NCBI GenBank assembly: GCA_021613535.1
Contig: CP075493.1
Location: 11,222,001-11,286,000, forward strand
DNA length: 64,000 nucleotides
Direction: 5' to 3'
DNA from: Adineta vaga
Taxonomy: Eukaryota; Animalia; Rotifera
The notes below the pieces were generated by a model. It ran no database searches, was not told where the DNA came from, and saw only the letters and a list, made by a program, of their open reading frames with translations. This document shows positions 37,285 through 48,661 of this stretch, in pieces. Made by a program: the position numbers and the translations under genes. Positions within the stretch are counted from its first letter, which is position 1; every line of letters begins with the position of its first letter.

Positions 37285-39292
37285 TTTTATAGTCTCAGCA
37301 AATCCTGTAAATGTTCTGTTGTAACCATTTTGAGGGTGTGAGTATGAATGTGAATGAAAATTCATTTCGTTATCTTTACATCCCTATTCTCATGTATCCT
37401 CACATCATTTTATTAATAAATGTTCATTTTGTTTTGTCCATCACAATGTTTCATTTGCATCTTCAAAAGTACTGCTCATATTCTTTCTTTAGAGAAGTGG
37501 ACTTAATTAATTCATGATCTTGTTTAAGTTCCAATCGAAGATTTACCGCATGTCAATTGGATAAATCAAATGAGTTTCCGAAGGATGCAATTTGTTGATC
37601 ATCCATACAGTAATAAATTAGAAAATATCATTTCTATTGTTGAGATCTAAAAAAGTACTACTCCATGAAAATCATACGGCTATATCTTTCAGGTATTTTT
37701 ATGAAGTCTTCGTCTGAAGATAAAAGAATGACGAAATAATTTTGGAAGCATTCATCATATCTTTAACACCATAAAACTGAATTTTAAAACCTTTAATATA
37801 TTGAGAATCATAAAAGCTCTAATTAACGAAATGACTCGTTTTTCTTATAACAAAGTGGTTCGAAAAAATAGAGAGATGACACTCTTTATTTTTCATGTTT
37901 AGTTTTTTGTGAAAATTAACTTGATGTAGGTATTAAGCGAAATATTCGAAAGCAATATTATTTGATAAATCAGTAGATAACTTTTCACATAGTGAATCAG
38001 TTTACAATACCAGATGTTTCTATTTCAAATTTATCATTACATCTATCATACGAGTTGCTATTTTGATTGATTCTTCATAAAGATTTACTAGTTATAAATG
38101 AAGCATTTCTAACTCAATCATCGGCCTGATCTAAATATTATTCTCATGTAGGAACGTATTTTGTGATATAAAAGCAGTCTTTTATACTTTATTTTAATCG
38201 TTCATGACTCGATGATAGAAGAACTACAGGATACATGCTACAGAATGATGAACATAGAAAAATCTTGAGAAAATGAAGAATCAATCTCGAATTTTCAAAT
38301 AGTGCTTATATATAGTATTAATTATTGTTTTGTCTGTTTTTGTAAGTCACTTTTCTCAGTTCCTGCTCATTACTTATATACCAGCTTGTTATGATAAAGA
38401 AACATATTGATCAATATCAATTATCGTAAGGATCGAAATTGAATTAGAACTAGAATCAATATACGTATTTTATAGACTTCAACAGTATAGTATTTTTTCG
38501 TTTTTTCATCATTCAAAGCAAGGTATGGATGATGGACGACAGGCGACATTATTAGATAGACTCTTATTACATAGTTGTAATGAGCAATCTGAAATCGAAT
38601 TCCATGCAGAATGAAACAATGAGGATAATGTAAACGTAACTCTAGCATTATTTTACATACTTGTTACAAATAGAAATATAGTACTTGTATGATTCTTTCT
38701 TTCTTCAGAGCTAAAAACTAAATCATTGAAAAAATCTGAATGAGTTACTTTCTTCAAAGGAATAATTATATTCTATCACAATTGTATGCTCAGTAGGCAT
38801 CCAATAAAAAAGTTATCGCAACTATTTGTAGTTTACTTTATCTCTTCAAAATGGCAGTGGGATCAGAGAAATGAAATAAATCATACTATGATGCCATAAT
38901 CCTATATGTTGAGTTGATATAAAATTTCAAAATAGAATAACTAAAAGCTTTTATTATCATAATTTATTTGTCGTAAACTTTGTTCTATGCGCTCCCTTAG
39001 CATTCTCAACACATTCAGAGCAAGTCAAAGTGATTCGTCATGTGATAGGTTCCAATATTCATCGACATCGATTTCTTTACCTAATTTATGATTACCTTTT
39101 CCTGCCTTTGTACAGTAGACTACCTACTGATACTTCCTAAAAAAAGTATCATCATTTAGAGTATATATTGTGGTTTATTTATGAATGTCAGATAAGAATT
39201 CGAACCGCTATATTTGAAGAAAACAAAACTATAGTAGAATATTATATTAATAATGAAACGCACAGATTATAGTCATTCTTTGAAGAGAAGAA

Positions 39293-40148
39293 TCAATTAT
39301 CGACAACTTTGGCAATTTTGACAATATTCCAACGTTGTGAAACTTGAGCATTATTCTTGCGACTCATTTGTGCAACTTGATTCGAAGGATTGACACCGAA
39401 AAACATATTTTCAGTTGTAAATTCATTCCATAATCTAAATGTACCATCATTTTCACGAATCAAATGCCAACGTTGTCCAGTATAATAACCAGTTAAAGCA
39501 AGATGTGGTGTAGTATTTATTCCATTATTGATAATATCGAGAGCATATTGATCAGCAAATGATCGAGTTCGTAAACTGTAGACATTATCATCCAAATGAA
39601 CAAATCGCCAGAATTGACTTGCTCTGTCAGAGACTGGATTCATCTTCAGACCAAATGTTTTACTCCTGTCGTCGATGCCTAATGCAAATTCTGAGCCACT
39701 TAAAGCATTCATCAAACGATAATAGTAAGAAGTATCGATTTCATCTGAAAGTTTTTCGATATGGATAATTTCTTTAGGATTTTTCTCGACATTGGAGATT
39801 TTATTTAGTTTCTTTTTGGCATTCAATATTTCATTTGGATTTTGTTCAAAATTTAAGACTTCATTTGGATTCTGTTCGGCATTGAAGATTTCATTTGGAT
39901 CTGTTTCAACATTCAAAAACTCATCATCAATTTCGTGATTACCATCTTCACGTTTTGCAGCAATGGACGAATCATCTAATTTAAGAAAAACAGATTTTTA
40001 CAGAAATACATCGGTCATACAATTAAAACTTGTCATGCATTGGATTGACAGTGTATCTTGACAAGTAGATGAACTTACTACTAGGAAGTGTAACAACCAG
40101 TTGTAAGAATGAAATAAACAGCAACAATATTATCCATTTTAATTGCAT
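39293..40148 (-). CDS. Secreted ricin-B (beta-trefoil) lectin with a repetitive pro-region; 2 exons (40148-40079, 39975-39293)
   Basis: Exon 1 is a signal peptide (MQLKWIILLLFISFLQLVVTLP) joined in phase. Three QxW repeats (SQFW, GQRW, SQRW) and ALDI. Confidence 0.82.
39745..39915 (-). repeat. 30-bp coding tandem repeat (~6 units, NxExNPNEI[LF])
   Basis: tcatttggat recurs at 39831, 39861 and 39891; tctttaggat at 39771. Confidence 0.8.
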
Positions 40149-42454
40149 AATTTGAGTCAATTCCACAATTTTATAGAATAAGATACTCAACTGAATAGAA
40201 GATAGTTATACAGGCATCTGTCGTACATAAGAGAAGGAATGTTTGTAACCAATTTGATATGCGAAAAAATGTGTTAATTGATCATATGTACAATTAGATA
40301 TACATGTAATTTATTGTTGTGTTCCACTTAACACCCTCTGCTTAGCGAGTCGAATAATGACTGCGTAAGTAATCTCTATTCAAATTTACATGATGACAAT
40401 TTGCATACCACCAAGCATCATTATCTTGATCTTTGATTGGAAACTGTGTATTATTGTGAAAAGACAAAGAATCTTCAGCGTCGCCTTTAGTATATGCTCC
40501 CGATTTCAATCGATATTTGTCCGATTGTCTAGCTATTCGAATACTGTAATATCGAGCAAATCGTTTTTGCCCATCGAAATCTTCTTGTGATTCTCAGTAT
40601 TCATTTCACACAAGACTTTAAAAGTTTTTCCTGGAAAACAACTGAAATAGATGATGAATAACATAAAAAGAGTTGAATACCGTCTCTAGATCGTATCTCA
40701 TAAATATCATTTTGTGCAACTTGATTTGCTGCTGCTGCTGCATCACGATAAATATCAGCACAATCTTCCATGGATAATCATTCATTGATCATCTACCACT
40801 ATTTAATTTTACTTCGATGATGTTAATTGAATCGTTATAAATTAAACCGCGTGTTGAATCAGCATTGATATCATATGTAGATCTCAGTTTAATCACTGCG
40901 ATGAAAACTAAAATGGCACTCTATGAGAAAAACATGTCTATGATCAATCGGAATGTGAATAAAAACGTATGTTTTATTACATAATTTATATAGTATCCTA
41001 GAAAGCAAAGAATGAGGTTCTGGAATCGTCTGAATCTTATCAGAACAGTTATTATAGTGAAAGAAGATGAGAGATTTATGATAGTTTTTAAATTGTTATA
41101 TTTTGATGACTTCGATCTGTTATTTCGAAAGATATGTTCGAAACGTCTATTCCGAATGTAGAGTTCAGTCGACAAAGAAGAATACAAATCAAATACAATT
41201 GTCATTATTGAATTCGTTTTTGCAAAGAATACTTGAATTTATATTCTCTCGTCCTTACATATGATACGAACCCAGTTGCAATATCATTCGATAATTTCAG
41301 CAAATATTTAAACTAAAATAGACATGTATTACTTGCTCGGCATATTCAAGATTGTAAGCTATGTAATGGCTACGTACACGAACCTAAGATTTGGTAGGAT
41401 TTATTAAAAACTGTCACGGTATCAGTGCAGAGAGTAAATATTTGGCAGAGATTTTTCGAAACTATGATGAGTTCTGTATGCTTGCAACTGGTCCAGTATA
41501 GCTTTAAAGAGACGATAATTCGCTTCGTAGAATGAGTAGAGGCTTGGGAGAATTTTTGCCGAACCACCAATTGTTCTATACAACGGTCCAAGGTTTCATT
41601 CAATATATTCAAATATATAAACATATTCCTATACTTTAAAGTGGTTCAATGTAAGTTGTACGAAACGCTCAATTGCATCGGAGAGATTCTTAGAGCTTAG
41701 CGAATTTTCTACCAAACCAGTCACGGCTGTCACTGGTTCATTTAACAAACGGAGATGACTCATTGAAAGATATGGCTATTCATATCGGTCGACGTCCACT
41801 TTATCTTGACCTAAACCCCAACTCTCTAGCGTTCCAAATATAGTAAAGATTTGCGACGCACTCAGACATTAAACTAAACTCACTTTTACGAGAAATATTC
41901 AAAATGAAGTTTGGAAGTATATTTTGCTACGTTTTTAATCACAAAATAATGCTTAAGAAATAATTTCTCAGTCGTTCTCAACAAATCAGCGGTGGAAATC
42001 AGTGTAGCGAATCTATTAAAAGGCTTATAAGACGCACCGACTGATGCCCTCTTTCATCATACCTTTTGCATTGCTCAAAACTTTTTTAGTAGACATTATC
42101 TTAAGAGTAGCCATTTTCAGAAGATATAATCTGATACCCATCAAAGGTCGCGCATAACTGATAAATATAGTGCATTTCAAACACGCGATTTCGCTATCTC
42201 GGACACACACAAAATCAATAACTTCGATGAAAAAACCACCTCTCACAGTCGGAAATCATGAGTTTAAAAGAAAATACACTATCATACGGATAACACGAAT
42301 TTGAAGCACACTGTATTCATTTCGTTCCCATAAGTTTGCTCTAAAAAATTTCTTTACAGAAAAACACTGCAAAACAATGTTCATTGAGCCACAATTAAAG
42401 TATCACCTTATTTCCAAAAACACTTCGAAGATATTCTTGTCCTTGTTCGTCAAT

Positions 42455-43989
42455 TCAATTTTGGCTGAGATGTAGTTTGGTGAGTGTCTATAGTGGAGAG
42501 CGATCAAAGATCTGTCAATTAGGTAAAGAGCGACAGAATATTACTGTGTTTGTTCGCAAGGCATCACCAATATGTTGTGCTCCTTGATGGCCGATTTTAT
42601 TATTCCATAGATTGAGGGTGGTGAGTCTCTATAAACGAGAGTGAGCATAAATGTATGAATTAGGTAAAGAGCGAAAGAATATTACCGTGTTCGTTCGTAA
42701 GCCATCGCTAATATGTTGTGCTCCTTGTTCGCCGATGTGATTGCTCCCGAGATCTAGTGTGGTTAGTGTCTACAGACGAGAGAGAGCATGTATGTCTGAA
42801 TTAGGGGAAGATCGAATGAATAATACCGTATTCGTTCGCAAGGCATCACTAATATGTTGTGCTCCTTGATCGCCGATTCGATTGCTCCCGAGAGTTAGTG
42901 TGGTGAGTCTCTATAAACGAGAGTGAGCATAGATGTATGAATTAGGTAAAGAGCGAAAGAATATTACCGTGTTCGTTCGCAAGCCATCACTAATATGTTG
43001 TGCTCCTCGATGGCCGATGCGATTGCCCCAGAGATCTAGTGTGGTTAGTGTCTACAGACGAGAGAGAGCATGGATGTATGAATTAGGCGAAGAGCGTATG
43101 GTTATTACCGTGTTTATTCGCAAGACTTTACTAATATGTTGTGCTCCTTGTTCGCCGATTTGTTTATGCAAGATACTTAGTGTGATGAGTGCCTATGTAT
43201 TGAATATTTATTTCGAAAATATACGTAAGGCCATCGAAACTTTAGATTAACGTTTTTCAACTAGCTATAGCATTATACAAGAGTTGCGGCGGTGGTTTTG
43301 TGAAAGAGTTCAGAAAGTACTTGGTTTGGGTTCATGGGGTGAAAAGAAAAGTCGTCGCTCGGCTTATTATTACTGAGTTATTGTTCGAATTATCAGATGA
43401 GTAGGGTGAATACTGCACTTAAGGGAATGATAGTTGATTATTTCGAATGGTTTTGGATTCTTATTTTTACAGTTAGTTTGTGGGGGATATTATTGATTCG
43501 TGGCACAATATAAAACAGTGCACTTTCTTTTATTCGGTGGGTTTCAGAGTTGAAATAGAGACATTTGTTTGAAATAGGAAAGGTATTTTATAATTGTGCG
43601 GTTTTATTCTTGTTCGGCTGATGAGTTTACATTGAATAAGATGTATATCCTATAGACATGGATAGAAAAGGACAGATGAAAGGAAGAATTGTTTTTAATG
43701 ACATGAGTCAATGTTGTGTTTGATTCACTTGTGGAAATTGCTTCGGAATTGTGAAATCTTTTTTTTTGAGTAAACTCATTAAGTTAGATACTACGAGGCT
43801 CATGTATGCTAGAACGGACGAGAAAATAAGTAAAGAACTTGGCAATCTTACTTGATACCGATGATAAATGTTAAGAATTTGATTAAAACGTTGGCAAACA
43901 TTTTGCATTGAAAAAACTAGTGTGAAATCAGTCAAATGATCCAAAATTCGATAGACGAGTTCAATCGGTAAAGTTGAAAATGTGTACAT
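42455..43989 (-). CDS. F-box + RI-type (NLRC3-like) LRR protein; exons 43989-43852, 43192-43109, 43051-42968, 42910-42827, 42769-42686, 42628-42545, 42487-42455
   Basis: F-box exon TLPIELVYRILDHL...RYQ|gtaag (phase 0), then five 84-nt phase-0 exons each encoding one 28-aa LRR (e.g. TLTTLDLWGNRIGHRGAQHISDGLRTNT). TGA at 42457-42455. Confidence 0.88.
42488..43192 (-). repeat. 141-bp tandem repeat (84-nt exon + 57-nt intron) x5 with a 282-bp higher-order alternation
   Basis: aatatgttgtgctcct recurs every 141 bp; intron 3' ends alternate ...ctcgtctgtag / ...ctcgtttatag. Confidence 0.92.
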
Positions 43990-44342
43990 AGTCACTTTAG
44001 ATTTCACAAAAGTTTGTTGAGAATACAAGTTATTGAATATATTTTGTTTGTTAGACGAAGAAATTCGCTTTACTTAACTGAAAGTATTGTAGTTTTGTTA
44101 TTGAAAAAAGAAAATGAAGTCTGACGATTTCAACAAAAGTGAATCGTTAATTTATGCAAAAAGATGGCGTTAATTTTTTGTGTTGTGTGGAGTTTCGTCT
44201 GCTGTGTAGGATTATGAGTGTCAGTTCACTCTCAAGATACGCTAAGTTTCATTAGAAATTTTTTGAGGTTCACAAAAAAATTCATTTTAAGAAAGGATAG
44301 TTTTGCACATGATATTCATCAAAAGTTTAATTATAAAAGAAA

Positions 44343-44397
44343 ATCTTTGAGAGCATGTGTCAATAGTCTCTTCTTTTCACACCTACACCCTCAAGAT
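44343..44397. repeat. Telomere-like palindromic element
   Basis: atctttgagagcatgtgt ... cacacctacaccctcaagat. Confidence 0.5.
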
Positions 44398-44795
44398 AGT
44401 GGACGTAAGTAAGTTCTTCTCGTTCGATGAAATGCTGTTTTCTGATTGATTTAGACAAACAAACAAATTTTAAGCATTTTAACGACTCTATTTAACGAGT
44501 CTATAACCCTTTCTTTCAGAAAAGGGAATAACGATGTAATAGAAGAAAACCCAGAGTATTTTCGAAATTGTTTTATCAATAGAGGATACAGTTGAAAACT
44601 GTTGTTACTTCATAAATATTTTATTTAAAGTCTATTTAGAAAAAAACAGAACATAATTTTCTATACAAATCCGAGTATACATATTTTACACTCCAAATTG
44701 AAGCTCTTCAGGGATATTTCTAATCAATAACATATGCGTTTGAATATTTTTCAATAAAATCACATCGGTAACAATATATATTTGATACAATGATA

Positions 44796-47700
44796 TTAGA
44801 ACCAAACACGTAATTCGTCATAAATACGAAATTCAAAATGTATATTGCAACAATGAAATTTCTGAGCATGAATAGCTGCAATTAATTTGTCTATGAACAA
44901 GACCCTCCTTTCGTCCCTAGATCGATAAAGACTATTTCTATTGAATACCAAATGTACCAATTGATCAAATTGATGACTAATGTTCACAATAACTTCAACA
45001 AGATTTTTATTCAGCATCATAACTGCATCACTTGTTTCGAGTAGATGTAGATGAGGTACTAATTCATGTAAACGATGAATATTAAAGTAACGTTTTGGAT
45101 TGCCATAATGTCCATCTAATAAGAGATGTACATGTTTCAGACTTAAGTATTTTCGTGAACAATAACGAAAAATTCTCCATGAACCTGCAAGAGACCAAAG
45201 ATTTGGTGATGCATCAAGGATTCGTTCGACCATAACAATACGTTGGTACTTCTGCAATGGATTTGATTTGATGTAGAATGTAAGAGATCGTAAATGATTA
45301 AGAGATAAATTCCAGTGTAAATCACAATTCAATGTCGTTGATATGTTATCATCTAAAGAATACACAAAAAATGCACTAAGCATTACAGTATTTAACCATT
45401 TTTTACTTGTTCGATGAGAAAATGAATTTTTTTTCAAAACTCGACTTTTATACACTGGAAATATTACTGAACTATGACAAAGAATAGAGGCGAAGTGCGA
45501 ACAAATCAAATAGATATTTAAAATCGTAATTATCTTTTGATTAGAGATTGTCTGTTGTCTTTAATATAGGAAGTGATTTATTTTCGACATTTGAACAATG
45601 TCTTATCCTTTTACAGACATAGCTTTCGTTTGATTTTGCTCAGAGGGGGCAAAATTCTAATTAATTCATTATTTTCGATTAAGATTGAATATGATCAATA
45701 ATGATTAAGAAAAGAAGAAAAATCGATAAGAAGAAAAGGTTTATAATTTTTTTATATTATATTGTGATTCTCTTTTTGTTATCAATTTATTTATTCTATC
45801 ACATAAAAAACACCTAATTTACGAACTAAAATATTCCTATTCGAGATTTATTGTTTGCATAATGATCAATTCTGCTTTGTCTCGAACTTTGCATACATAT
45901 TCCTCTACTATAAATCAATAAGTAAATGGTTCATATCAACACAAAATTTGTCTCATTATTTTCTTAAGTTTCGAGACAAAATTCCTTCGTACATATCCTA
46001 TAAAGTACTACCATTCAAACTCAAGACTATGAAGTTTCATTCAATGCGTATCTTTTTCTGACTTACTCTTTCATTTAAATATGTTAAATGAAGTTCATTA
46101 ACATGACCCCCTGCGACTATTTGAAGAGTTCTGTTAAATTGCTCAACGTCATATTTTTGATCATCTGTTTATGAACCAATCGTCGTCGAATTGTTCGAAT
46201 GGGAGCAGATACATGTGTCGCAAAACCGTGATTGTAAAAAGTTCGTTTTTGTTGATATAAAAGGTTAATTGAAAAATTGCTGATAATAAATACGATCTTT
46301 CGAATCAAATCGATTTCATCTGAATTACGCATATAACACTCGTCCATATGAAAATTAATGCTGTCAAAAGGCCATTGACGATTGGAATTGAATGAATTCA
46401 TTTTCCATTCATGTTCGATTTCTTGAGGAAAACATAATGAGAAATGAAGAGTTTTCAAAGCAGGAAAAATTGAAGAATTACAAAGTTCTTGAAATTGACC
46501 AAGACGATCTAAAGCTGTCAGAAAAAGAAATGAAATCAATCTTTTCATCCAGTTATTTATTCAAAAGCATATACAATATGAATGAAACTAAGTGAATAAT
46601 TAAAATCATTCGTTGTCAAAGTAATAAATAAAGAAATAGCTTACTATCATCATGCATATCAATAAGTATCAGTTCTTCAAGTACAGGCATTGTTATCGAG
46701 CCAATCAATGTGATAACATCATTCAAGGATATATAACGTAGGATTAAAACTCTCAGAAGAGTACCACCATTATTCATTTCTTGTAGAGAAGCTTTGGAAA
46801 GTTCAGCATTTGGTAGTAATATATTTACATTGGAAGGTGAATTAATATCCAAATTTTCAATAGTATAATGTTCATATATTCAATTGCAGGTAGAGCATTG
46901 TGTTGAAATAAAAGTTTTAATTCACTGAAATATTGAATACTTAATGTTAATTGAACTGTATTTGGCCATGATAGTTGTTCCATGTTGTGTAAACATTTTC
47001 TGTCATCCCGCGCCAATGACTGTGGCCTAGGGATAAAATTCGTAAAAATAATAATCAAGTAAATAAGATTCTTTCGCTCCAATTATTTTTCTGTTTTAGA
47101 AAAGTTAGACGACGTTTTCTTCATCGAAAGAAAATAAAATTGATTATAGATCTTTTTTATAACTAGTCATTTAGGGAATGCTATATTTTACCAACGGAGA
47201 AAAATTGATTGCGAAAGTAAATAGCTTTATATATTACTTATATTGTTGTTTTCATTTTCTTTTAACTGTTGACCGTCATCATTACCCTTGCCCTAGAAGT
47301 TTTCAAATGCTTGAGATAGAAAAAGAAAAACTCAGCAATGAAACCGATAGATGATACAACTTATATCCAATGGCATTCCTTAAATCTATGTTTTATCGCA
47401 TAGCAAATTAAAACTATTCAGTTGTTTTTTCCTATAACAATTTTGATTTTCTTTTCAATACTATCGAAATGATACGGATTCGTCAGAGGTTTGATTTTTC
47501 GTATGCTAAATTTAAAGTGTTGAGGGGTGGGTGTGGGACCCACACCCTGATAATTCAAGATTTTTACTATGAAAACATATTTGATAACATATCTTGTTCA
47601 ACTTCTAGTATCATATAGTATGAACTGAAACACGATGACGAATAAGTTCAGAAAGTATTTCAGGATATCTGTTTGTCGGTTCTTCGGAGATAAGATGTAA

Positions 47701-48132
47701 ATATTGTAATGTATTATTAGTACAAACGAGAGGTATTAGTATTGGTTTAATGACATAACATGAACAGTATACTGCTTGTAACGCAATAAGGCGTTTTATC
47801 GATGGGAACAGTACATTTAATTGATCATTTTCTTTGAAAGTTTTCCCCCAATATTTCAGTAACGTCCAGCAAGCATATGAATTATGAAGCACAACAGTAT
47901 CGATCAAACTATTAAAACGATCTCTATGACTATTATTATTATTGAGCCATAGATGTAGTTGATCATAATGCATTAAATTAACATTCAATAAATGACGACT
48001 TGAAGTGAGAAGACATTGAATGCGAGCATTATTTATGTAAAGAAAAGCTTGACAAAGATCAAATGAAGATAAAAATGAAAGTATAATAAGCAAAAGCTCA
48101 TTTGGTAATGATTCCAATGTACTTTTACTCAT
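44796..48132 (-). pseudogene. F-box/degenerate-LRR pseudogene
   Basis: F-box LESLPNELLLIILSFL. An apparent 2-bp duplication (actatatga) gives a stop at 47611, followed by a mutated donor (caag|atatg). ORFs 46825-47082 and 46616-46852 overlap out of frame. Confidence 0.7.
47520..47561. repeat. Telomere-like hairpin gggtgtggg-a-cccacaccc
   Basis: Perfect 9-bp inverted repeat flanked by ttgagg and tcaagat. Confidence 0.6.
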
Positions 48133-48661
48133 CGTTATTTTCCTCTAAATCTGTCCTATTCGCATATATGTTTACTACGATTGATATGTGAATGACCTTG
48201 AATAGACAGAAAAATAAGACGAATTCAAATTAAACTAATGAAAAAGTCACAATTGAGCAAGGACATTGCTTATTTCGTTATCATTCTTTTTTATTCAATT
48301 CGCTTGATATTTAAGATGGCACACAATATATGTTCATAATCATTCGAAGAAAAATGTAAAGAGAAATTCTCCGTTTAAAAATAATGTTTTTTAACAGAAT
48401 ATCATGCCAGTTTTTTTCAAAATCGAATAGAAGATGATCAAATAAAAGTGTAGTCATTTCCTCTTGTAATTTAGTAAATGAATATTGAATTGAAAAATAT
48501 GAAAACAATCTACTGATATTATATTTAATAGCCGAATGATAATTAGAAAGATAAGATTGATATTTTCCTTCAAATTCCTTTATTCGTGATATGAAAAAAG
48601 TACTACTCCATCATGTCCTATAAGATCATTGTCTTCAGTGAATGAAATAAAAAGTAATATG

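Noticed and set aside
37490-38650. Possible degraded gene remnant
   Set aside because: Short coding-like patches with many stops; no family recognisable.
40400-41830. Coding-like minus-strand patches (e.g. AAAAANQVAQNDIYEIRS)
   Set aside because: Multiple stops; faint resemblance to a dynein stalk segment is too weak to call.
42488-43192. CRISPR-like array or satellite DNA
   Set aside because: The units have no unique spacers and resolve exactly into 84-nt LRR exons with GT-AG introns on the minus strand.
42933-43250. Plus-strand 105-aa repetitive ORF
   Set aside because: Antisense shadow of the LRR exon array.
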